A stretch of DNA of 64,000 nucleotides from Acidimicrobiaceae bacterium (GTDB taxonomy: Bacteria > Actinomycetota > Acidimicrobiia > Actinomarinales > Actinomarinaceae): assembly GCA_028404505.1 (NCBI GenBank), contig JAOOBM010000002.1, forward strand, positions 7,027-71,026. The letters run 5' to 3'. Below the pieces are notes generated by a model. The model made no database searches. It was not told the DNA's origin and saw only the letters and a program-made list of their open reading frames with translations. The position numbers were made by a program, and so were the translations under genes. Below, in pieces: positions 12,727 to 20,563 of this stretch; the stretch's first letter is position 1; each line of letters begins with the position of its first letter.

Positions 12727-13630
12727 GAGTTACCTCTTTTGTATTTTCAAGAAAAGTATCAAGTTCATCAGTATTTTCACTATGTTTTATGCAATTTGCC
12801 ATAGCTACTCTTGCGACCTCAATCTGGTCATCAGATGGGGGTTTTGTAGTCATTTTCTGCATCCATATTCCAGGAGTACTAAAAAATCTTGAAAAAAGTG
12901 ACCCTGAGTATTGAAAATTTAGTTTAAGTATTTCGTATGAAAGCATGGCAACGACAAACACATGAAGAATTCGTGTTACAAGTGTCATCAAAATACTCAA
13001 CGTTGGAATAAATGGAAGCGTTAACAAGCTAACAAAAACTATCAAAAATATGAATGCGGTTCCACATCGAATGTGTTCTTTAGGGTAAGTCTTAATATGA
13101 TCAAGATTAAGATCTCTGTTATTTTCAAAAGCTGCAATTGTCATATGCTCCGCACCGTGAAATTCGAATAGCTCTTGTGCGTCTTTTGTTTTTCCAATGA
13201 GGTAAATATAAAGAACAACGATTACTCCACGTAAAAGTCCCTCATATAATCCTTTCGATGTCTGATCTGTTTCAATCAAATCGATCAGTAATCTTGGTCC
13301 TGCAATAAGAAGCGAGAGAAACACTACAATAAAAACGTAGTTAAAGATTTTATTAATAAGTGTTGGTTCTGGCTCATCCTCATAATATATCTCATCAGAC
13401 ATTGTTAAACCTTGATAACCAACATATAAAGAATCAATGAGTGCTCCAATACCACGCATTAATGGAAGTTTGAATATACCAGGCCTTCTAACCAAAGGCG
13501 TTCTCTCTTTAAAGAACTTTACAATTTCATTATTTTGATTTCTTACAGCAAGTGACCAACCCTTTGGGCTTTGAATTAGGACACCACTTATTACAGCTTG
13601 TCCACCATAAGAAATATCATTTTCAGACAT
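12719..13630 (-). CDS. DUF1385-family membrane protein
   Basis: Polytopic protein with YHGAEH-like FHGAEHM. This family commonly sits between rpmE and prfA. Confidence 0.6.
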   Translation of the reverse strand: MSENDISYGGQAVISGVLIQSPKGWSLAVRNQNNEIVKFFKERTPLVRRPGIFKLPLMRGIGALIDSLYVGYQGLTMSDEIYYEDEPEPTLINKIFNYVFIVVFLSLLIAGPRLLIDLIETDQTSKGLYEGLLRGVIVVLYIYLIGKTKDAQELFEFHGAEHMTIAAFENNRDLNLDHIKTYPKEHIRCGTAFIFLIVFVSLLTLPFIPTLSILMTLVTRILHVFVVAMLSYEILKLNFQYSGSLFSRFFSTPGIWMQKMTTKPPSDDQIEVARVAMANCIKHSENTDELDTFLENTKEVTHG

Positions 13631-13651
13631 GAGAAAAAGGGATTAAAGAAG

Positions 13652-13945
13652 TTATTCTTCTTCTTGAGAAGAAACTTCTTGCTTAGGTGCTTGTCTTGTA
13701 CTTGTTGAACCGTATCGTTGTTTGAATCTTTCAACTCTACCTGTAGAGTCAACAAGTTTTTGTTTTCCAGTAAAAAAAGGATGGCTTGCACTAGAGATTT
13801 CTAGTTTTACAAGCGGATATTCTTTTCCATCTTCCCAAGTAATTGTTTCAGATGTCTTAATGGTTGATCTTGTAAGAAATGCAAAATCAGCATCTTCATC
13901 TCTAAAAACAACTTCTTTATATTCGGGATGTATATCTTTTTTCAC
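13652..13945 (-). CDS. rpmE: 50S ribosomal protein L31, type B (lacks the CxxC zinc motif), with a charged C-terminal extension
   Basis: MKKDIHPEY start and HPFFTGKQ motif. The protein contains no cysteines at all. Confidence 0.85.
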   Translation of the reverse strand: MKKDIHPEYKEVVFRDEDADFAFLTRSTIKTSETITWEDGKEYPLVKLEISSASHPFFTGKQKLVDSTGRVERFKQRYGSTSTRQAPKQEVSSQEEE

Positions 13946-13960
13946 AGTTTCTACTTTACT

Positions 13961-15310
13961 TTATTTGTTGGTTTTTGCGACATCCTTTAAGAATGCGTCA
14001 TTACTTTTTAGAGTTTTAAGCCGATCTATTAATAATTCTGTTGCTGCGCCACCCTCAAGACCAACAAGAACTCTTCTTAGAGTCCATAATGATTCAAGTT
14101 CTTTTGGTGAAACGAGTCGTTGCTCTTCACGAGTTCCAGATGGTGTAACATCTATCGCTGGGAACACTCTTTTATCTGCAAGTTGTCTATCTAAACGAAG
14201 CTCCATATTTCCAGTTCCCTTAAACTCTTCAAAGATAACTTCATCCATTTTTGAGCCAGTCTCAACCAGTGCAGTACCAAGAATTGTTAGGCTTCCTCCA
14301 CCTTCAATGTTTCTTGCTGCACCAAAGAATTGTTTTGGAGGAGTTAAAGCAGTCGAATCAACACCACCTGATAAGATTCTTCCACTAGCTGGAGTTGCTA
14401 AGTTATGAGCTCTCGCAAGTCTTGTAATGGAATCCAATAAAATTACAACGTCCTTACCTTCCTCTACTAATCTTTTTGCTCTTTCAATAGCTAATTTGGA
14501 GACTTGAGTGTGCTCATCTGGTGGTCTATCAAAGGTTGAAAAAACAACTTCACCATCTACTGAACGTTGCATGTCGGTTACCTCTTCTGGTCTTTCATCA
14601 ACTAAAACAACCATTAAATAAACCTCTGGGTTGTTAGCAGTAATTGAATTTGCAATTTCTTTTAATATTGTAGTTTTACCTGCTTTCGGTGGAGAAACAA
14701 TTAATCCTCTCTGACCCTTTCCAATAGGTGCAATAAGGTCTACGATTCTTCCAACAAGTCGTTCTGGTTCGCCATCAATTTCAAGCTTTAATCTCTCATC
14801 TGGAAATAGAGGTGTAAGTTTATCAAAATCTACTCTACGAGCTAACAGTTCGGGATCGCCACCATTTACAGTTTTTGGTTCGACTAATGCTGGATATTTT
14901 TCTTTTGCACGAGGTGCACGGATTGGACCTGTTACAAGGTCTCCTTTTCTCATTCTAAATTTTTTGATTGCTCCTGCTGGAACGTAGACGTCCATTTCAC
15001 TGGGTTTGTAACCACCGCATCTTAAAAATCCATATCCTTCTGGGAGAATGTCAAGAATACCCTCTCTAATTTCTCCTTCTTTAATTTGGCTGTCGCCAGA
15101 ACTAACTACTGAAGGACCATCATCGTTATTTGATTTACTTATAACTTCAGCTACTTCAGTTTCTTCTGGGTCTAAGATTTCATCGCTATGTTCAACTAAT
15201 AGATCGATTAGTTTTGCTTTTTGTAGTCCTTTATGTTCAATGCCTAAACTTTCAGCAATTGATCTAAGGTCTGCTACCGGTTTTGATTGTAATTGTGATC
15301 TTGCGGACAT
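13961..15310 (-). CDS. rho: transcription termination factor Rho
   Basis: Walker A PPKAGKT, RNA-binding and Q/R-loop regions, and an N-terminal Rho_N helix. Confidence 0.95.
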   Translation of the reverse strand: MSARSQLQSKPVADLRSIAESLGIEHKGLQKAKLIDLLVEHSDEILDPEETEVAEVISKSNNDDGPSVVSSGDSQIKEGEIREGILDILPEGYGFLRCGGYKPSEMDVYVPAGAIKKFRMRKGDLVTGPIRAPRAKEKYPALVEPKTVNGGDPELLARRVDFDKLTPLFPDERLKLEIDGEPERLVGRIVDLIAPIGKGQRGLIVSPPKAGKTTILKEIANSITANNPEVYLMVVLVDERPEEVTDMQRSVDGEVVFSTFDRPPDEHTQVSKLAIERAKRLVEEGKDVVILLDSITRLARAHNLATPASGRILSGGVDSTALTPPKQFFGAARNIEGGGSLTILGTALVETGSKMDEVIFEEFKGTGNMELRLDRQLADKRVFPAIDVTPSGTREEQRLVSPKELESLWTLRRVLVGLEGGAATELLIDRLKTLKSNDAFLKDVAKTNK

Positions 15311-15420
15311 TCTTTCTCCTATATAAAATCATATTTTTTGGAAATGATTTGTGAATTGTTTTGCCTGAAAGACACTTTCATTATATACATACTTTTTGTA
15401 AAGATGCAGTTTTTATTTTT

Positions 15421-16281
15421 TTAATTTAATGGCCTAGTTATTGAATAAGGAACAACTATAACCAAAGTAGCTAGATAATAAAACACCCCAAATACTGCCA
15501 TTTGTGGTAAATCGAAAAGTATAGAAAAAGTCAATACAATTGGAAAATTCTGACATAAGGCCTCTATGGAAACTGTTACTGCATCCTTTTTTTCGATCTT
15601 TATAAGTCGAGAGGTGCTTTCTACAGCAATAAAGACTGTCCCAATTGCAACCAATACAATAGTTATAGCTTCAGAAAAATAATCAAATAATGCTTCCCTA
15701 AGTTCAAAAGGCCCAGTTATAGAAATAACCGCTATGTATAGTTTTAGAAATTTATCTAAGAAAGAAGATAATCTATTAACTGTTTGAATGTCTTTTGAAT
15801 TTAAGAAATACCCAACTAGAAAAGGAATAAATATTAATAAAGTTAGCTGTGTTAACGTCTCTAAGAAGTTAAAAGAAAATCCTTCTGCATCAATTGAAAT
15901 AATGCTTAACCAAAAAACTGTTGTAAATGGAGTAATAAGTGATGTTAATGAAGTTAACGAAACCGAAAGAGGGATGTTGCCTTTTTTATAATGAGTTAAA
16001 ATTCCAGATATAAATCCACCAGGTGCCAATAAAACGATAGCAATTGAAATTGCAAATATACTTGTGTTAAAAACTAAATATAAAGTTAATCCAATCAAAG
16101 GTAATACAAAAATCTGAAAAAATAATGCGTAAGAAAATGATATTTTGTTTTCTATGGTGTCTTTAATGTCTTGATAATTAGTTTGAGTACCTAAAAAGTA
16201 AAACATAACTGGAATCATTGGTGTTATTGTCTTAAATGTGAGAGATGAAGAGATCAGATTGTTTAACTCTTGAATTGACAT
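15421..16281 (-). CDS. bile acid:sodium symporter (BASS/SBF-like) family transporter
   Basis: Polytopic protein. APGGFISGILTHYKKGNIPLSVSLTSLTSLITPFTTVF resembles the BASS signature PGG..SN......G...LSV.LTS. Confidence 0.55.
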   Translation of the reverse strand: MSIQELNNLISSSLTFKTITPMIPVMFYFLGTQTNYQDIKDTIENKISFSYALFFQIFVLPLIGLTLYLVFNTSIFAISIAIVLLAPGGFISGILTHYKKGNIPLSVSLTSLTSLITPFTTVFWLSIISIDAEGFSFNFLETLTQLTLLIFIPFLVGYFLNSKDIQTVNRLSSFLDKFLKLYIAVISITGPFELREALFDYFSEAITIVLVAIGTVFIAVESTSRLIKIEKKDAVTVSIEALCQNFPIVLTFSILFDLPQMAVFGVFYYLATLVIVVPYSITRPLN

Positions 16282-16348
16282 ATTAAGATTTTATTATTTT
16301 AAAAATTATTTACAAGTACCAAAAGCTTTATAAATATATCATTTAGAT

Positions 16349-16445
16349 TAGAATCTATTCTAACCAAACTGAATTAGAATGAGTTCCAATTAAAGTTTAA
16401 TTAGAATCTATTCCATTTGAATCTATTCTATTTGAATCTATTCTA
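16349..16445. repeat. five copies of a 14-bp palindromic motif TAGAATCTATTCTA; the last three form 15-bp tandem repeats
   Basis: Copies lie at 16349-16362, 16375-16388 (degenerate), 16402-16415, 16417-16430 and 16432-16445. They sit in the largest non-coding spacer of the window (16282..16468). Confidence 0.8.
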
Positions 16446-16468
16446 GTCAAAATATATTTTTTTAATTT

Positions 16469-17335
16469 TTAATCCTTTATACACAGGGATGCATAATTCT
16501 CTAGGTATTCTCTCTCAGATACCTGCAAAACAAGATCATCTCTGTAATAAAGATAATCTCCCCCATAGTAAAGGACTAATGCGTCAGCAAATAATTCTTC
16601 ACTTCCAAAAAATTCTTGAGCTTTTTTTCTTTGATTCTCACCTTCTGAGTTGACACAGTTTCTTGTTAAATATGAAAGTGCGTGAGATGTTTCATGAAGC
16701 AATGTATTGTAAGCTCTATTATTAGCAAATGCTTTGTTTGAAACCCAGACTGATAATTTCCAATTTGAATTTGTTGAGCCATCTGGAAATGTTCCAGCTG
16801 AATCCCATACACCAAAAGGACATCTGCCCAAAATTGTAGCCGCGTAAGAGTGACAACCGTTTACAAATATGACATTATTTTCTACAGATTTTCTCAACTC
16901 TAAAGGTAAATTGGCAACTAATGTATCAAGGTTGAATTGATTTTCACCCTCAAATCCATCAAATGATATAAATTCACCCTCGTAAATTTTTATGTTTTCC
17001 GAATTATCCGAATTGAAGGCAACTGAGTCTTCTTTTTCTAGTACTTCAATTGTTGTTGTAGTTCGTGGAATTGTCGTTGTAGTTGATGTAGTAGTTGAGG
17101 AGGTAGTTGTAGTTGGTATAGTAGTTGTCGTCGAAGATGAGGTAGTAGTAAGTTGAATGGTAGTTGTCGTCGAAGATGAGGTAGTAGTAGTTGATGATGA
17201 AGTAGTAGATGTTTCAGTACTTCCAATATTAGCTTGAATACTTATCTCAATTGGATTATTTATTACATATATATAAGACAAACTAATGAATAAAACAATT
17301 AAAATGACAATAGTAACGGTTAATTTACCACTCAT
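16469..17335 (-). CDS. membrane-anchored Thr/Ser-rich protein with a C-terminal HExxH (putative zinc metallopeptidase) domain
   Basis: N-terminal TM helix, a poly-T/S linker of about 60 aa, then NGCHSY...LLHETSHAL...EELFAD. It is a clear paralog of 35238..36176. The start overlaps the upstream gene by 11 nt. Confidence 0.65.
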   Translation of the reverse strand: MSGKLTVTIVILIVLFISLSYIYVINNPIEISIQANIGSTETSTTSSSTTTTSSSTTTTIQLTTTSSSTTTTIPTTTTSSTTTSTTTTIPRTTTTIEVLEKEDSVAFNSDNSENIKIYEGEFISFDGFEGENQFNLDTLVANLPLELRKSVENNVIFVNGCHSYAATILGRCPFGVWDSAGTFPDGSTNSNWKLSVWVSNKAFANNRAYNTLLHETSHALSYLTRNCVNSEGENQRKKAQEFFGSEELFADALVLYYGGDYLYYRDDLVLQVSEREYLENYASLCIKD

Positions 17336-18905
17336 TTACTGATTCGCTAAGATCATCATCAACTAAATCTATAATTTCTTCATCATCAATCTTTAAACTT
17401 TCTTCATAGTCAGCGGGTCTATTCAATTCAGCATATTTTTTCATGAAGTTACCTAGTAGTAAAATTATGAATATATAAATTAATAAAACAAGCATGAATC
17501 TGTAAGCTAGCTCTCCACTCTGTAATAAAGTTTGTTGTAATTCATTAAATTCACTGTCAGGTGGTAAGACAAGGATTCTTATAAATAGCCAAATACTTAT
17601 CAAAAAGCTAACAATTGGCATTGCCTGATAAATTCCATCTGAGTCACCAATTGCATCAAATAACTCATTCCCTCCCCAAGGAACTGCTTTAAATATAACT
17701 CCCTCTAAACACATTAAGTAAGTAAGTTTACAAATTGCCATTAAAACACCTGAAGAGCTAACCGATTCAAATGATGTTGCGTAGAAGAAAAAATATCCAA
17801 CAATTGAAAGACTTATCATTGAATAAAATTTAGGTGACAATTCCGCTTTTGGTCTCTTCGAAACTACATGTATTGCTGCTATAAAACCAAGAATAAATCC
17901 AAAAGGAAGATCAATAACAATGAAGAGTATTGTTGAAAGTACTGCAAAAAACATGGCTTGTGGATTCCAATCAAATTTCACAATTTGGTCATACAGAAAA
18001 TATTCAATTAGAGATTCTATACCCTCATAAAAGAAGGTAACAATAATAAGTCCAAATAAGACACCAACAAAAATTGCTAAATTCTCTTGCCGTACTTGAA
18101 ATGTGAAGCCCTCCTCAACAAATGCATACAAGAGAGATGTAATTAGAGCCACAAGCGTTATCTCCATTGCTGTCTCAAGCCTTGTTTTATTTCTTAATTT
18201 GCTTTCACGATTTGACCACCTGACTCTATAGTATGCAATTATTCTGTTGAACCACTCCTGGGCGAGTAAAACTCCATAAAATAGAAATATAATTCCAGAA
18301 GTTATAAGAAATGCAAAAGCATTTTTAGCCTGATCTGAAAAATCAATATCACTGAAGAGTGGAATAGTTGTAATGAGCTCATTTGTGAATGTTATATTTG
18401 TTGATGTATCAATTACTGTTTCTTCAATAATAAAATCATCGACGGGAACAGTAGTAGTTATTACAGGAAGATCAGGAATTTTATTAATTATATACTCATC
18501 TGAAGTAATTTCAGTAGTAATGTCTCTATAACAATAAACCGAAGCGCAGTCCGGTCCACTATATTGTGTGTAGTTAGTTGATAAAATTTTTAAAATTATC
18601 GAAAGATCTGTAGTCCCATCCCATTGAATAATTTTTTGTCCTTTTTCAGAGTAATCGATAATCTCCAATGGTTCTCCTTGCAATCCATCAGATGTAAGTT
18701 CACGAACTGAAATAATCAATTCATCAATATTTTCAAGACCACTAACTAACCATGAAATTTGTAAATTATTTTCATCTAATCTTGCAGATTCTATTTCAAT
18801 AGTTGCTTCATCAGTATCATGTAAATTTGTATCTAAATATCCATTGGGGTATACACCGTTAAAAAAAGAAAAGAAAAAGATTAATGAAATAATTATTTTT
18901 TTCAT
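17325..18905 (-). CDS. polytopic membrane protein of unknown family (signal peptide, ~200-aa extracytoplasmic domain, ~8-9 TM helices, acidic tail)
   Basis: The start is placed at ATG 18905..18903, which shares one base with the sortase TAA stop (TAATG) and yields the signal-like MKKIIISLIFFFSFF. The ORF track extends to 18980. Confidence 0.7.
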   Translation of the reverse strand: MKKIIISLIFFFSFFNGVYPNGYLDTNLHDTDEATIEIESARLDENNLQISWLVSGLENIDELIISVRELTSDGLQGEPLEIIDYSEKGQKIIQWDGTTDLSIILKILSTNYTQYSGPDCASVYCYRDITTEITSDEYIINKIPDLPVITTTVPVDDFIIEETVIDTSTNITFTNELITTIPLFSDIDFSDQAKNAFAFLITSGIIFLFYGVLLAQEWFNRIIAYYRVRWSNRESKLRNKTRLETAMEITLVALITSLLYAFVEEGFTFQVRQENLAIFVGVLFGLIIVTFFYEGIESLIEYFLYDQIVKFDWNPQAMFFAVLSTILFIVIDLPFGFILGFIAAIHVVSKRPKAELSPKFYSMISLSIVGYFFFYATSFESVSSSGVLMAICKLTYLMCLEGVIFKAVPWGGNELFDAIGDSDGIYQAMPIVSFLISIWLFIRILVLPPDSEFNELQQTLLQSGELAYRFMLVLLIYIFIILLLGNFMKKYAELNRPADYEESLKIDDEEIIDLVDDDLSESVNEW

Positions 18906-20563
18906 TATCCAAATACCTCTACCCTTTCCAGTTGTCCAATAACTACAAGCCTTTCTCTTGCAGAGAATTTTGGATGACATGTGGTTAACGTTATTCTGTC
19001 GTCACCATAGTCCTCCAGTACATAATTATCTTCGGGAGATACGATCTTCACATCTATAACTCGGTATTCATATTGATTTGTATTTGTTTGAAATATTATT
19101 GTTTCACCAATCTGAACTTTATCAAGATTGCCGAATGGTGCACCATATGTAGTTCTATGTCCAGCAATTGCGAAGTTTCCTCCCGAACCTGGAAGTGCAG
19201 TTCCAAGTATATAACCGGGTCCATACTCTAATTTGTTACTCGTTGCACCAAAGACCACATAATGATTTATATTTGCAGATAGGATTGTTAACCTTCCAAC
19301 AACATCTGGAAGAAACTTTGCCTTTGCTGCTTGATTAGTAAGAGTTTTTGTTGCAATTGAGATAACAGACTCTTGAAATTCATCTGTTTGTGATAAATTA
19401 TTTAATGAACTATCAGTCGCGATGTTTTTATTTCTTAATTCAGAAAGTTTAACATCACTAACATTAAATTTATTTTCTAATAGATATTGCTCATCATTTA
19501 TTACTGAAGTAGAAAAAAATGTTTGATTAATTGAATAAATCAAAATTAAAAAACCTACTATTAATAAACCTACACCAAGTGGAAGAAGTGATCTTGTATT
19601 TGTACTTTCAAATGATTTTTTAGTTTCTGCTACTTCTCTTTGTCTTCGGTTTTTTTTTACAGGTAAATCAAATTTAAGTCTTGGAATGTTTCTATGTTTC
19701 TCAACTGGTTTTTTTGAAAAGACAATAGAAAATCGATCAGATGTCATCAATGCCAGCTTTTCTAATAACATTTCTTTTGTTACATCAACTCCTAAGTACT
19801 TTGCATTTTTAGATATATTTTTGACTGCAGATGTTAGGTAGTCTATCTCCTTAAGCATTGTCATGATGTCTTCTGTGAAATTATCAGGCTCAGCAATTAA
19901 AGGATTAAATCTCTCACCTACATCTACACTGATAATAACTTCTGTGCCAATAGCATTCTCAAGTACCTTTTTTAAAATATTTGATTTTACATAAATTTCT
20001 GAAAGTTCTACCTCAAAATTCTGATTAACATAACTCAGCGATTTTTGATTTTCAATTTCGTCTGAAGATAGATTTATTTCATTTCCGGAATCATCAGAAT
20101 TTATTTTTTTTAAGTCTTTTTGGTTTATTAAATTTTCTATTTCTTTAGCACTACTTAATTGATCCCTTATTTCAGTTGCTATATCAGGATTCTCAAGCAA
20201 ATATAATTTAGCTTTTTCTTTTCCATACCCGAGTTTTTCTTCGCCATATAAAAACCAATTACCTTTTTTTGTTACAATTTTTTCACTTACAGCAATATCT
20301 AGAAACTTACCATCAAATATTTGCTCAGCTACATCTTCTTCAATTTCTTCATATTCAACAAAAATATTTGTACTAGGATCTTCTTTCTTGAAACGTGAAA
20401 AAGGCCTTTTAGCTTTTATTGGTTCGATTGAATTTTCTTCTAAAAGTGTTGCATCTGAAATGACATCTGGATCATTAGATCTTTTTCTTCTAATTTTTAA
20501 TACAAATAGAACGGCAAAGATGTTGATAATTATTATCAGTAAATATATAAAAAAATATGCCAT
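18905..20563 (-). CDS. sortase (TLxTC type, class E-like) with a long N-terminal extension: TM1, ~300-aa cytoplasmic region, TM2, catalytic domain
   Basis: The C-terminal domain carries AIAGHRTTYGAPF (His), ITLTTCHP (Cys) and SARERLVV (Arg). The ATG at 20563 directly abuts the TAG stop of the giant gene. Confidence 0.85.
   Translation of the reverse strand: MAYFFIYLLIIIINIFAVLFVLKIRRKRSNDPDVISDATLLEENSIEPIKAKRPFSRFKKEDPSTNIFVEYEEIEEDVAEQIFDGKFLDIAVSEKIVTKKGNWFLYGEEKLGYGKEKAKLYLLENPDIATEIRDQLSSAKEIENLINQKDLKKINSDDSGNEINLSSDEIENQKSLSYVNQNFEVELSEIYVKSNILKKVLENAIGTEVIISVDVGERFNPLIAEPDNFTEDIMTMLKEIDYLTSAVKNISKNAKYLGVDVTKEMLLEKLALMTSDRFSIVFSKKPVEKHRNIPRLKFDLPVKKNRRQREVAETKKSFESTNTRSLLPLGVGLLIVGFLILIYSINQTFFSTSVINDEQYLLENKFNVSDVKLSELRNKNIATDSSLNNLSQTDEFQESVISIATKTLTNQAAKAKFLPDVVGRLTILSANINHYVVFGATSNKLEYGPGYILGTALPGSGGNFAIAGHRTTYGAPFGNLDKVQIGETIIFQTNTNQYEYRVIDVKIVSPEDNYVLEDYGDDRITLTTCHPKFSARERLVVIGQLERVEVFG

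Noticed and set aside
12236-14408. Long antisense ORFs 12236..12892 (218 aa) and 13722..14408 (228 aa).
   Set aside because: They lie opposite the strongly conserved prfA/DUF1385 and rpmE/rho genes. Their Ser-rich, low-complexity translations are typical of antisense frames in AT-rich genes.
16349-16445. Whether the repeated 14-15-bp units could be a CRISPR array.
   Set aside because: The units are too short and are either directly adjacent or about 12 bp apart. There are no unique spacers of 25-40 bp, and no cas genes lie in the window.
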